64,000 bases of DNA from Candidatus Latescibacterota bacterium. Lineage in GTDB: Bacteria > Latescibacterota > UBA2968 > UBA8231. The translations under genes and the position numbers were made by a program. The DNA is taken from assembly GCA_963422735.1 (NCBI GenBank), contig OY730476.1, positions 4,608,001 to 4,672,000 on the forward strand, given 5' to 3'. The notes beneath the pieces are model-generated. The model searched no databases. It saw only the letters and a program-made list of their open reading frames with translations, and had not been told where the DNA came from. Shown here piece after piece: positions 50,501 through 58,848 of the stretch. Numbering within the stretch: the first letter of the stretch is position 1; each line of letters starts with the position of its first letter.

Positions 50501-51117
50501 GTCCACCCACGGTTACCAAAAATCCCAAAAGCGTCAAGTTCGGCTTTGAGGGAATAGGCGAAGATGTTGCGCTGGGATGGTCTCTCAAAAATGATTCCGA
50601 GGTCGATATTTTGGTCAACGGTCAAAGAATATGGCGCATTCCAGTAAGCGACGATTGGAAAGTTTGGGGGGGCATTTTAAGCCAGACCCATCTCAATTCC
50701 GGTCAGAATGTGATCGAATTTCGCAATAGGGTAAACCAGAACCGCACGGCCTCTTTTACCCATTGGCAGTTGAAGGATGTGAAGTGGTGGAAGCCTGCCA
50801 ATGCCAAGCTGGCCGCAGGTACGTGGCTCCTGTCGAAGTTGCCGGATGGCTTGGGCGATCCCTTTCCCACGCCGTTCAACGCGGAAGTGACCATTCCCTT
50901 TGCCCTAGCCGAGGCCGGCCCCGTGCGGCTTGTCGTCTATAATTTGCTGGGCCAATCCATTCGCGTGCTGGCCGATGGCTGGCTGGCTGCCGGTACACAC
51001 CGCGTGCGCTGGGATGGTCGCACGGCTGCGGGCGCAGAGGCCGCTTCCGGGATCTATTGGGCCGTGCTGCAAGCCGACGATGCGATTCAAACGGCCAAGT
51101 TGGCGTTGATTCGCTGA
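47596..51117 (+). CDS. Second secreted S8 peptidase with five IPT/TIG domains and FlgD/T9SS-like C-terminal domain
   Basis: Paralog of 44178-47150; same catalytic triad; internally duplicated IPT block; start uncertain (47563 or 47596). Confidence 0.9.
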   Translation: MIALFLGVLVCVPLWGQNLNFAPDKPDGPAKIQSALWELATPRAAKSVRDVQDTVVVILVPQFGQASASIDTSSLAALGGRVLAQSKSLMRISVPASSLLAVSELPGVGFVRRPYRPHSQRTISEGTARIGALANHSAGVKGQGVKVAIIDGGFKGANKLRGDLPARWRYLDYTGEGIYAGESAHGTACAEIVHDIAPDAELTFLKTGDLVDFENAKDFCIREGIDIISYSNSRSGTGFGDGRGLACDIVNDAADNGILWVNSAGNYAESHYSGFWSNYDSDGWHNFDGEYEMLAFEAEEGDSISVVLTWNDFPITSQDYDLFIYYNDDVGNLERVAESTDIQSRNAPNRPAEWIEYEAQESGRYGIAVRKEDSARPMRLKIWSFDHDFEEYAVSANSITSPADARGAMSVGAVHYWDYNRGRIADYSSRGPTTDGRIKPDIVAPSGVATASYGPDGFFGTSAAAPHVAGAAALLKSANPSYSRTQLWNALVAATVDIGTRGRDNDSGYGKLVLPVSGGSDTARLTITSPWISSVSPQPVKTNAVVTVLGGNFGSSRRSSSVRIGSVAIPSSSFTSWSNSTIRFRIPLNTLPGNLTVRTSEGTSNAVRLQTTSPYLTGIAPTQVKTRGRLTLTGGNFGTRRGTGYVLFTSNVRPAAADYVSWSDRRIVVRVPSQARSGNVQVVTSNGRSGTKLLLLGTAPSRAPQISSVSPRRVRYNQLVTIRGRAFGANRGTSKVIFYDRKEPISSHYVSWSDTRIQVRVPTGGRTGNMQVITTRGSASARLTITSPWVRNISPQIAKTNTVVAVNGENFGSSRRSSSVRIGSVVVSSFTSWSSKVIRFRIPLNTPPGNLTVRTSEGPSNAVRLETTSPYLTRISPTQAKTGDRLTLTGGNFGTRRGTGYILFGSNVRPAAADYVSWSDRRVVVEVPARAQSGNVRVTTSNGTSGTKRLEIESEQLEPLPSRGLFGYSPPTVTKNPKSVKFGFEGIGEDVALGWSLKNDSEVDILVNGQRIWRIPVSDDWKVWGGILSQTHLNSGQNVIEFRNRVNQNRTASFTHWQLKDVKWWKPANAKLAAGTWLLSKLPDGLGDPFPTPFNAEVTIPFALAEAGPVRLVVYNLLGQSIRVLADGWLAAGTHRVRWDGRTAAGAEAASGIYWAVLQADDAIQTAKLALIR
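49162..50440 (+). repeat. Internal direct repeat of ~500 bp (49162-~49672 and 49936-~50440) encoding an IPT pair
   Basis: Both copies start gcccggctgacgattacctc and end acctcgaatggga.gtcggggac.aagc; starts are 774 nt apart. Confidence 0.9.
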
Positions 51118-51289
51118 ACATCTGAAAAGGGATTTTCCACCGCCAAAATCAGTTTTGGGGACTTGGATTGGCAACGTGCAATCGCCTTCCTAATGTTAAA
51201 CGGAGTAATTTAATTACTTTTTGTTAAGCTAGCAGCAGGCGATTGTACGAATGATTCTCGAATCTCCTACATGTAAAGAGGCGATAATC

Positions 51290-51804
51290 ATGTCCAACAA
51301 AGAAAAGGCCACTGAACTGGCGGCCTGCATTTCGTCGTGGGGCGGCTCGATGAAGTTTATCAAGCTGATCAAACTCATCTACCTAGCCGACCGCGGGGTG
51401 CTGGACCGGGAAGGGCATAGCATCTCCACGGATCGCTGGGTGTCGATGAGACACGGCCCGGTGCCCATTCAGACGTACAATCTGATATACCAAGAAGACG
51501 ATCCCGCTCGCCACCCCGTGTGGAACCAGCACCTCGAGAACCAAGCAGATTACTGCATCGGCTTAAGAAAAGAGATGGGAATAAACCACCTGTCTGAGGC
51601 GGAACGGGGATCGCCGAGGATGTCTGGTAGCGATACGGCCATCTGCCCCCTTGGGGTCCCAATGGTATTGTCGAGCTTACGCACTGCCTCCCCGAGTGGG
51701 AAAATCCCGCAGAAAATCCGCACGGTCCCCAAGCGACGCCCATCCCCGTCCAACGCATTCTGCTCGCCCTGAAGAAGAGCGACGAAGGACGCTTGGCTGG
51801 ATAG
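51290..51804 (+). pseudogene. Panacea (DUF4065/SocA-like) antitoxin remnant
   Basis: KLIKLIYLADR...G.SISTD..VSM.HGPVP; frameshift at G-run 51606-51609 and in-frame TAG 51628-51630; continues ...IVELTHCLPEWENP. Confidence 0.8.
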
Positions 51805-51813
51805 AGTCTTGGC

Positions 51814-52165
51814 GTGATACGGGCCGGCACCGGCATCCAGTCGAAAGTCGCACCCTACCACCGCTTCATCGTTCTGACCAGTCCCAATACAGCCGACGAA
51901 GTCCTTTTTGTCACCTGTTCAGATGCACGCGCATTTTCCGTTTGAGCCTGTGCGCTTGTACAAGGGGGATCATCCGTTTGTAGTTAAAGAAACGGCCTTA
52001 GTTCTCAAGAGGGTACGCCGAGTAGCTGTCGCAAAAATCGCCAGCAATGTTCCACTTCACTTTGCAAGGCGGCCACCTCTCGATGCCGCCGTGTTACAAC
52101 GCCTCCAAGCCGAAGCCAAAGCGTCGGGCCGTCTGCCGCCCGCTTGGATAGACGAGATCCGCTGA
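51814..52165 (+). pseudogene. Putative toxin partner of the Panacea gene (possibly MazF/PemK-like fold), frameshifted
   Basis: MIRAGTGIQSKVAPYHRFIVLTSPNTADEVLFVTCSDA then frame change to HFPFEPVRLYKGDHPFVVKET...VLQRLQAEAKASGRLP. Confidence 0.5.
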
Positions 52166-52170
52166 ACAGC

Positions 52171-52199
52171 TTGACAGGCGTTAGCAGCCCCGTTACTTT
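52171..52199 (+). promoter_or_regulatory. Sigma70 promoter of the trp operon
   Basis: TTGACA-17 nt-TACTTT directly upstream of the leader ORF. Confidence 0.7.
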
Positions 52200-52208
52200 C
52201 TGCCCGTT

Positions 52209-52289
52209 ATGAACGTATCGCCTCACATTCGTCGCTGGTGGCGCACTTGGTATTTCCCGAGCCGGGAGAAAGGTGCGTCCATCCGCTAG
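52209..52289 (+). CDS. trpL: trp leader peptide MNVSPHIRRWWRTWYFPSREKGASIR
   Basis: 26-aa ORF with three Trp codons (WWRTW) between promoter and terminator, upstream of anthranilate synthase. Confidence 0.85.
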   Translation: MNVSPHIRRWWRTWYFPSREKGASIR

Positions 52290-52314
52290 CTGCGACGAGA
52301 TGAATTTTCAATCC

Positions 52315-52347
52315 AACGCGGACGCCCTCGGGTGTCCGCGTTTTTTT
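52315..52347 (+). terminator. Attenuator terminator
   Basis: ACGCGGACGCC-CTCG-GGTGTCCGCGT stem plus T7; GCGTCC at 52275-52280 can pair with the 5' arm (antiterminator). Confidence 0.85.
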
Positions 52348-52363
52348 GTACTTGGAGAACGCC

Positions 52364-54541
52364 ATGACCATTCACACGCAAACCTTTCGCACGGCGGGTG
52401 GCGTTGAAGTCAAGCGCCAGACCGAAGAATTGCCCATAGAAAGGCCACTAAATTCCCTGCTCAAACGGCTCAACACCCATCGGGGTGCCGTCTTTGCCAG
52501 CGGCTACGAGTATCCAGGGCGCTATAGTCGCTGGGACATTGGCTTCGTCGATCCGCCACTGGAGCTGGTGGCGCGCCAGCGCGCTTTTGCCTTCCGAGCG
52601 CTCAACGCACGCGGCGAGATGTTGCTGGAGACCTTTCATAGCAGCCTCGCCAAGCACGAACACGTGACAAAGCTGGAGCTAGCCGATGGCCAGCTCAAAG
52701 GCGCGGTGGCGCAGATGCCCAAGTACTTCCCGGAAGAGGAGCGCTCCAAGCAGCCGACGATCTTCAGCGTCCTGCGCGCACTGGTGGCGCAGATGCGAGC
52801 CGAGGGCGAAAATCACTTGGGCTTTTACGGGGCGCTGGGCTACGATCTAGTACTCCAGTTTGAGCCGCTCCAACTGCGCCACCCGCGCCAAGAGAACCGG
52901 CCCGATCTGCACCTCTTTTTGCCAGACGAACTGGTTGTCGTCGATCACCGCAAGGAGCAGGCGCGGCGTTACCGCTATGAATTTGCCGCCGACGGGTTGT
53001 CAACCGAGGGCATGGAGCGAAGCACGGACGCTGTGGCTTGTGTGCGCGGCGCAGCGTCCGAGATCGCGTGCGACCACGCCCCTGGAGAATACGCCGACAA
53101 GGTGCGCGAGGTCATCGCCGGTACTGAGCGCGGCGACTTCTTTGAGGTGACGCCGAGTCAAGTGCTCAGCGCCGGCTATGCGGGCAGCCCGCACAACCTC
53201 TTTGAGAATATCCGCCGCACTAGCCCCAGTCCCTATGAGTTCTTCATCAACCTCGGCGACGAGTATCTGATCGGTGCTTCGCCCGAGATGTTCGTGCGGG
53301 TCAATGGGTCATTCATTGAGACTTGTCCGATTGCCGGGACCATCGGCCGTGGCAAAACCGCGATGGAGGACGCCGAGCAGATCCGCGACTTACTCAACTC
53401 AAAAAAGGACGAGGCCGAGTTGAACATGTGTACGGACGTGGACCGCAACGACAAAGCGCGGATCTGCAAAGAAGGCTCAGTACGGGTGGTGGGGCGGCAG
53501 ATGATTGAAAAGTACTCAAAGGTCTTTCACACCGTGGACCAAGTCGTAGGCGAACTGAAGGACGACTGCGACGGATTCGACGCCCTGCTTTCGCACATGT
53601 GGGCGGTGACGCTTACTGGTGCGCCCAAACCGGCAGCCATGCAGAAGATCGAGGAATTGGAAAACTCGGCGCGGCGCTGGTACGGTGGCTGCGTCGGCAT
53701 GCTGCTCTTTAGCGGCGAGATCAACACCGGGATCACCATCCGCACTATACACTTGGAGGACGGCATCGCCAAAGTACGGGCCGGGGCGACCCTACTCTGC
53801 GACTCCGACCCCGACGCTGAGGAGCGCGAAACTCGGGCCAAGGCCGAGACCTTTATCAACGCGGTGATCGGCGCGGACGACGCCAAGAAGAAGAGCGCCC
53901 CTATCGCGACTACGGGCCAGGGCAAGCGGGTGCTCTTCGTCGATAACCGCGACTCTTTCGTGCATACGCTCGGCGATTACGTGCGGCAGACGGGAGCGGA
54001 GGTGGTGACGGTACGCGCCGCAAGGTCGCGCGACGGCAGCGGTGCGCGGGGCCTGCGCGACCTTCAGCGCGTCTTCGCTGACTTTGATCCCGATATGATT
54101 TTTATCTCTCCGGGGCCCGGCACGCCCGAGGAGTTCGGCGTACCGGAACTGGTCAACGAGTGCATGCGGCGCGAACTGCCGGTCTTCGGCGTGTGTCTCG
54201 GCTTGCAGGGCATCGTCGAGGCGCTCGGCGGCGAGCTAGGAGTACTTTCCTACCCGATGCACGGCAAAAGTTCGACGGTCCGCTGCACGCCCGAAGGGAT
54301 TTTCGATGGCTTTCCCACGGAATTCGTCGCTGGCCGCTACCACTCGCTTTATGCCGTGCCGGAGAAGTTGCCAGCGTGTCTGCGGGTCTTGGCGCAGACC
54401 GACGACGGGGTCATCATGGCCGTGGAGCACTGCAAGTTGCCGGTGGCGGCCGTGCAGTTTCACCCCGAATCGATCTTGACGCTCAAGGACGATCTCGGCT
54501 TGCGGCTGATCGCCCGAGTAATAGGGAAGCTGGCGCGATGA
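52364..54541 (+). CDS. trpE: Fused anthranilate synthase TrpE(G)
   Basis: SGYEYPGRYSRWD, PSPYEF, GASPEMFVRV, DVDRNDK, TGAPK, then GATase VDN.DSFVHTL, GVCLG.Q, RYHS, QFHPES. Confidence 0.93.
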   Translation: MTIHTQTFRTAGGVEVKRQTEELPIERPLNSLLKRLNTHRGAVFASGYEYPGRYSRWDIGFVDPPLELVARQRAFAFRALNARGEMLLETFHSSLAKHEHVTKLELADGQLKGAVAQMPKYFPEEERSKQPTIFSVLRALVAQMRAEGENHLGFYGALGYDLVLQFEPLQLRHPRQENRPDLHLFLPDELVVVDHRKEQARRYRYEFAADGLSTEGMERSTDAVACVRGAASEIACDHAPGEYADKVREVIAGTERGDFFEVTPSQVLSAGYAGSPHNLFENIRRTSPSPYEFFINLGDEYLIGASPEMFVRVNGSFIETCPIAGTIGRGKTAMEDAEQIRDLLNSKKDEAELNMCTDVDRNDKARICKEGSVRVVGRQMIEKYSKVFHTVDQVVGELKDDCDGFDALLSHMWAVTLTGAPKPAAMQKIEELENSARRWYGGCVGMLLFSGEINTGITIRTIHLEDGIAKVRAGATLLCDSDPDAEERETRAKAETFINAVIGADDAKKKSAPIATTGQGKRVLFVDNRDSFVHTLGDYVRQTGAEVVTVRAARSRDGSGARGLRDLQRVFADFDPDMIFISPGPGTPEEFGVPELVNECMRRELPVFGVCLGLQGIVEALGGELGVLSYPMHGKSSTVRCTPEGIFDGFPTEFVAGRYHSLYAVPEKLPACLRVLAQTDDGVIMAVEHCKLPVAAVQFHPESILTLKDDLGLRLIARVIGKLAR

Positions 54542-54910
54542 TACACATCTACGGAATTCGCCAAGAACTGGATCCGATCAAAGCCGAATTGTCGGATGTA
54601 GTCAACGTCTGTATGGTCGAGGTCCTAGACTTTCCCGCCAACAAACGCGCCCATTGATTCTTCCCGATGGCGAAGGAGAACTTCTACTATCCAGCAGGGC
54701 GGACAGATGCCTATATCGTCCATGATGCAGGGCCGTTTGCAGCAAGCGCGCAAACGGCTGATTCGCTTGCTTTTTGCACGCATTAAAGAAAAGCTAGGCA
54801 TTGAGCCAAGCGACGTGGAGGTCGTGATATTTGAAAGTCCGGTATGCCATTTCGGTTTTCGCGGCACGACTGGAGACGAGGCTGCGCTAGAGTACAAAAT
54901 CGACGTCTGA
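54538..54910 (+). pseudogene. Tautomerase-family protein remnant
   Basis: MIHIYG...DFPANKRAH*FFPMAKENFYYPAGRTDAY (in-frame TGA 54655-54657), then frame change to MMQGR...KRLIRLLF...GFRG..GDE..LEYKIDV. Confidence 0.75.
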
Positions 54911-54958
54911 GGCCCATTATTTAGTGGCTAGTAGTTTTCAGCTTTACACTGCACAACC

Positions 54959-55522
54959 ATGTTGCTGATACTTGATAACTACGACTCCTTTACCTACAAT
55001 TTGGTGCATTATTTAGAAGAATTAGGGGCTGCGACCAAGGTCTTGCGCAACGATGAATTGACGGTCGCCGAAGCGGTTGCACTCGCACCTGAGCGCGTCG
55101 TCATCTCGCCTGGTCCTGGCGGCCCAGAGCAAGCTGGAATTTCGTGCACACTCGTCGAGCGGTTGGCCGGTGTGATTCCCATTTTAGGCGTGTGCTTGGG
55201 GCATCAAGTCATCGCCCAAGTTTATGGCGGACACATCGTGCGGGCTGATGAGATTGTTCACGGTTGGGCAACACCCGTGCAACACGACGGCCGCATGCTG
55301 TTCGCTGGTCTGCAAAATCCCTTCGTCGCCACCCGCTATCACTCGCTGGCGGTCGAGCGAGCGAGTTTGCCCGAATGCCTGCAAGTATCGGCCACGAGCG
55401 AAGGCGGGACGATCATGGGAATCCGGCACCGGCGATGGCCCCTCGAAGGGGTGCAGTTCCATCCCGAATCGATTCTGACCACAGAAGGCAAACAACTACT
55501 AGCTAATTTTCTTCGCTTATGA
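54959..55522 (+). CDS. trpG: Anthranilate/aminodeoxychorismate synthase component II
   Basis: DNYDSFTYNL, ISPGPG, GVCLGHQ, RYHSL, GVQFHPES. Confidence 0.9.
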   Translation: MLLILDNYDSFTYNLVHYLEELGAATKVLRNDELTVAEAVALAPERVVISPGPGGPEQAGISCTLVERLAGVIPILGVCLGHQVIAQVYGGHIVRADEIVHGWATPVQHDGRMLFAGLQNPFVATRYHSLAVERASLPECLQVSATSEGGTIMGIRHRRWPLEGVQFHPESILTTEGKQLLANFLRL

Positions 55523-55533
55523 GGAGCGCGAGC

Positions 55534-56544
55534 ATGATACAAGAAGCCATAAAAGACCTGATCGCCGGAGTGGACTTGGGCCGCGCTAAGACACGAGCGG
55601 TAATGGAGCAGATTATGAGTGGCCAAGCCACAGACGCCCAGATCGGCGCGTTTCTCGTCGCCTTGCGTATCAAGGGCGAGACCATCGACGAGATCGTCGG
55701 CTGCGCCGAAGTCATGCGCGAGAAAGCCACGCCGATAGGGACGGTGCGCCCCGATCTGATCGACACCTGCGGCACTGGCGGCGATGCTTCGAGCACCTTC
55801 AATATCTCTACGACAGTAGCCTTTGTCGCTTGCGGTGCCGGTTTAGCGGTGGCCAAGCACGGCAACCGTTCAATATCGAGCCAATGTGGCTCGGCGGATG
55901 TGTTGGCCGCGCTAGGGATCAATATCGCAGCTTCGCCGGAAAAGGTCGGCGAGTGTATCGACAAAGTCGGCATCGGCTTCCTCTTCGCGATAGCCTTGCA
56001 CGGGGCGATGAAACACGCCATCGGTCCGCGCCGGGAGCTAGCTACTCGCACGGTTTTTAATATCTTGGGGCCACTGACCAATCCGGCCGGGGCCAAAAGG
56101 CAATTGCTCGGCGTGTTCGACGGCGCGTTGACCGAGGTGCTCGCCGGGGTGCTGCGCGAGTTGGGATCGGAGCGGGCCTTGGTAGTACACGGCTCGGACG
56201 GGCTGGATGAGATCACGCTGACAGGGCCGACGCAGGTCAGCGAACTTAGAGACGGGCAAATAAGTACGCGCCAGATCTACCCGGAGGATTTTGGTTTGCA
56301 AGTGGCCGCAGCCGAATCACTCAAAGGTGGCGACGCGGCCTACAACGCGCGCATTCTGCGCGAAGTGCTCGATGGCAGAGAAGGGCCGCAGCGCGACGTG
56401 GCACTGCTCAACGCGGCGGCCGCGATAGTTGTTGGCGGGCTGGCCGAGGATATGAGTGCCGGTCTCGAATTGGCCCGGGCGTCTATCGACTCGGGCCGGG
56501 CACGCCGATCTCTGGATCGGCTGGTCGAGGTGAGCAACGGCTAG
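55534..56544 (+). CDS. trpD: Anthranilate phosphoribosyltransferase
   Basis: DTCGTGGD, NIST, KHGNRS.SS..GSADVL, GLDE. Confidence 0.96.
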   Translation: MIQEAIKDLIAGVDLGRAKTRAVMEQIMSGQATDAQIGAFLVALRIKGETIDEIVGCAEVMREKATPIGTVRPDLIDTCGTGGDASSTFNISTTVAFVACGAGLAVAKHGNRSISSQCGSADVLAALGINIAASPEKVGECIDKVGIGFLFAIALHGAMKHAIGPRRELATRTVFNILGPLTNPAGAKRQLLGVFDGALTEVLAGVLRELGSERALVVHGSDGLDEITLTGPTQVSELRDGQISTRQIYPEDFGLQVAAAESLKGGDAAYNARILREVLDGREGPQRDVALLNAAAAIVVGGLAEDMSAGLELARASIDSGRARRSLDRLVEVSNG

Positions 56545-56603
56545 TACATCACCAACTCCTAGCCGGGGCGGAAGTGCCCGGCCCACTCAAAGGAGAATCA
56601 ACC

Positions 56604-56803
56604 GTGACCGAGTTGAGCCCCGACCCGCTGGAGCAGATGGACAAGCGGGTCGACAGCATCGAGACCCGACAGCGCGAGGACGCCAACACCGTCAACCAGC
56701 ATATCGACGCCCTCAATGGCCGCATCGGCGCGTTGACATCCAGTTAAGTACCTTTATCGCGCTGGTTGGCTTGCTGGTAACGAGCCTATTGAAGCTACCC
56801 TAG
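56604..56803 (+). pseudogene. Small coiled-coil plus C-terminal TM ORF, frameshifted (resembles 47264-47505)
   Basis: AAGGAG RBS; MTELSPDPLEQMDKRVDSIETRQREDANTVNQHIDALNGRIGALTSS*; tail IQLSTFIALVGLLVTSLLKLP* in another frame. Confidence 0.6.
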
Positions 56804-56814
56804 CCACGAACCAA

Positions 56815-57594
56815 ATGGCAGATATTCTCAGCGAAATAGCCGCGTACAAACGCGAATTCGTCGCCGACTGCAAGCGCCAGCGCAGCCTAGCGGATGTGCG
56901 TGCTCACGCCCGCGATACGCCCGCGCCGGCCGATTTCCAAGGTGCGCTGGCTACGGACGAGATCGCGCTGATCGCCGAGGTAAAAAAAGCCTCGCCGTCC
57001 AAGGGCGTCATCCGCGCCGACTTCGACCCGGAGCGGATCGCCTCGGCGTATGCCGCCAACGGCGCGCGCTGTCTTTCGATATTGACGGACGAGGCGTATT
57101 TTCAGGGGTGTGACGCGCATTTGCAGATTGCCAAGGCGGTTGCGGGCTTGCCGGTGTTGCGCAAGGATTTCACCATTGACGAGTACCAGCTCTACGAGGC
57201 CCGCGTCATCGGCGCGGACGCCATTTTGCTGATCGCAGCACTCATGGACTCCAGCCAGCTCGACGACTACCTTGGCCTAGCCGGCGAATTGGAATTAGAC
57301 GCGCTGGTCGAAGTCCACGATGATGGGGAACTGGCGTACACCAAAGCGGCCGGTGCCCGGCTCATCGGCGTCAATAACCGCGATCTGCGGACCTTTGAGA
57401 CAACCTTGGAGACGACCTTCGCTCTTTTAGATCAGATGCCGGAGGAGGCAGTCGTCGTCAGCGAGAGCGGAATTGAACACCGCGGCGATGTCGAGCGGCT
57501 CGCCGCCGCCGGCGTCGATGCGATCTTGGTCGGCGAATCCCTGATGCGCGAAGCCGATATTGGGACCAAAGTGAGGGAGCTATTGGGCACGTGA
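56815..57594 (+). CDS. trpC: Indole-3-glycerol phosphate synthase
   Basis: IAEVKKASPSKG, S.LTD..YFQG, LRKDF, GVNNRDL, SESGI. Confidence 0.96.
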   Translation: MADILSEIAAYKREFVADCKRQRSLADVRAHARDTPAPADFQGALATDEIALIAEVKKASPSKGVIRADFDPERIASAYAANGARCLSILTDEAYFQGCDAHLQIAKAVAGLPVLRKDFTIDEYQLYEARVIGADAILLIAALMDSSQLDDYLGLAGELELDALVEVHDDGELAYTKAAGARLIGVNNRDLRTFETTLETTFALLDQMPEEAVVVSESGIEHRGDVERLAAAGVDAILVGESLMREADIGTKVRELLGT

Positions 57595-58574
57595 AAAAAC
57601 GAGTATTTTCGGGCATTCAGCCTTCGGGCCACATCCATATCGGCAACTACATCGGGGCCGTCCGCAATTGGCTGGTCAATCTAGAGGACCGCGACAATAT
57701 CTTCTGCGTGGTCGATCAGCACGCGATCACCGTGCCCTACGACCCGGAGGCCTTGCGCCGCGGCACGCGCGAGGCCGTGGCCCTGTACATCGCCTGCGGC
57801 CTCGATCCGCAAAAGTGTCGCCTCTTCGTGCAGTCGCACATCCCGGCGCACACTGAGTTGGCTTGGCTTTTGACCTGCGTCACGCCCATGGGCTGGCTGG
57901 AGAGGATGACCCAGTTCAAAGATCGGGTGGGTGCGCGGCGCGAGCGCGTCGGCACCGGGTTGTTCGTCTATCCGACGTTGATGGCCGCCGATATCCTGCT
58001 CTACCAAGCGCACGAGGTCCCCGTCGGCGACGACCAAAAACAGCACGTGGAACTGACGCGCGACATTGCCGAGCGCTTCAACCGCCAGTTCGGCGAGGTC
58101 TTCACCGTGCCCGAGCCGGTCATTCCCCAAATCGGAGCGCGGATCATGGGGCTCGACGATCCAACCGCGAAAATGTCTAAGTCCGCCGAGGGCCGGTTTC
58201 ACAGCATCGGCTTGCTCGATGATCCAGCCACCGTCCGCAAGGCCATCATGCGTGCGGTGACGGATTCGCAGCGGGACATTGTCTTCGACCCGCTGCGTCC
58301 CGGATTGTACAACCTCCTGACAATCTACCAGGCGTTGACCGGCCTAGAGCACGCCAAGATCGAGGCGCATTTTGCCGGCAAGGGCTACGGCGACTTGAAA
58401 AAGGAACTGGCCGAAGTGGTCATCGCCGAGATCGAGCCGATCCAAGCCCGCTATCGGGAGTTGACAGCGGATCCCACCTATATTGACGAGGTGCTCGCCG
58501 CCGGCGTGGAGAGACTGCGCCCGGTCGTTGACGCAACAATGGATGCAGTCCGCCGGGCCATGGGCCATCGGTAA
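57591..58574 (+). CDS. trpS: Tryptophan--tRNA ligase
   Basis: SGIQPSG, HIGN, YP.LMAADIL, VG.DQ.QH.E, KMSKS. Confidence 0.96.
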   Translation: MKKRVFSGIQPSGHIHIGNYIGAVRNWLVNLEDRDNIFCVVDQHAITVPYDPEALRRGTREAVALYIACGLDPQKCRLFVQSHIPAHTELAWLLTCVTPMGWLERMTQFKDRVGARRERVGTGLFVYPTLMAADILLYQAHEVPVGDDQKQHVELTRDIAERFNRQFGEVFTVPEPVIPQIGARIMGLDDPTAKMSKSAEGRFHSIGLLDDPATVRKAIMRAVTDSQRDIVFDPLRPGLYNLLTIYQALTGLEHAKIEAHFAGKGYGDLKKELAEVVIAEIEPIQARYRELTADPTYIDEVLAAGVERLRPVVDATMDAVRRAMGHR

Positions 58575-58584
58575 AGGAGCAGCT

Positions 58585-58848
58585 ATGGAACTAAGTGACT
58601 GGCGCGAACGCATAGATGGTATCGACCATCAACTGATCGATCTGCTCAACGAGCGCATGCACTGCGCACAAGAGATCGGGCGGATCAAAAAGGCCGCGGG
58701 AAAACCAATACGCGATCCCAAGCGCGAGCTCGATGTGATCGCCAAGATCAAAGCCTATAACCAAGGGGTGATTAAGGACGAGGCCCTAGAGAAGCTCTAC
58801 TGGCTGCTCATCGATCTGACCACCAACTTCGAGCGCGAGGAGGCTTAG
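58585..58848 (+). CDS. Chorismate mutase (AroQ/type II)
   Basis: L..WRERID.ID..L..LLNER, IG..K, RDP.RE; AAGGAG RBS. Confidence 0.88.
   Translation: MELSDWRERIDGIDHQLIDLLNERMHCAQEIGRIKKAAGKPIRDPKRELDVIAKIKAYNQGVIKDEALEKLYWLLIDLTTNFEREEA

Noticed and set aside
54655-54657. In-frame TGA (and TAG at 51628) considered as Sec/Pyl or stop-codon recoding
   Set aside because: Both genes also carry frameshifts, the codons fit C-to-T changes from CGA/CAG, and TGA/TAG end normal genes throughout the window
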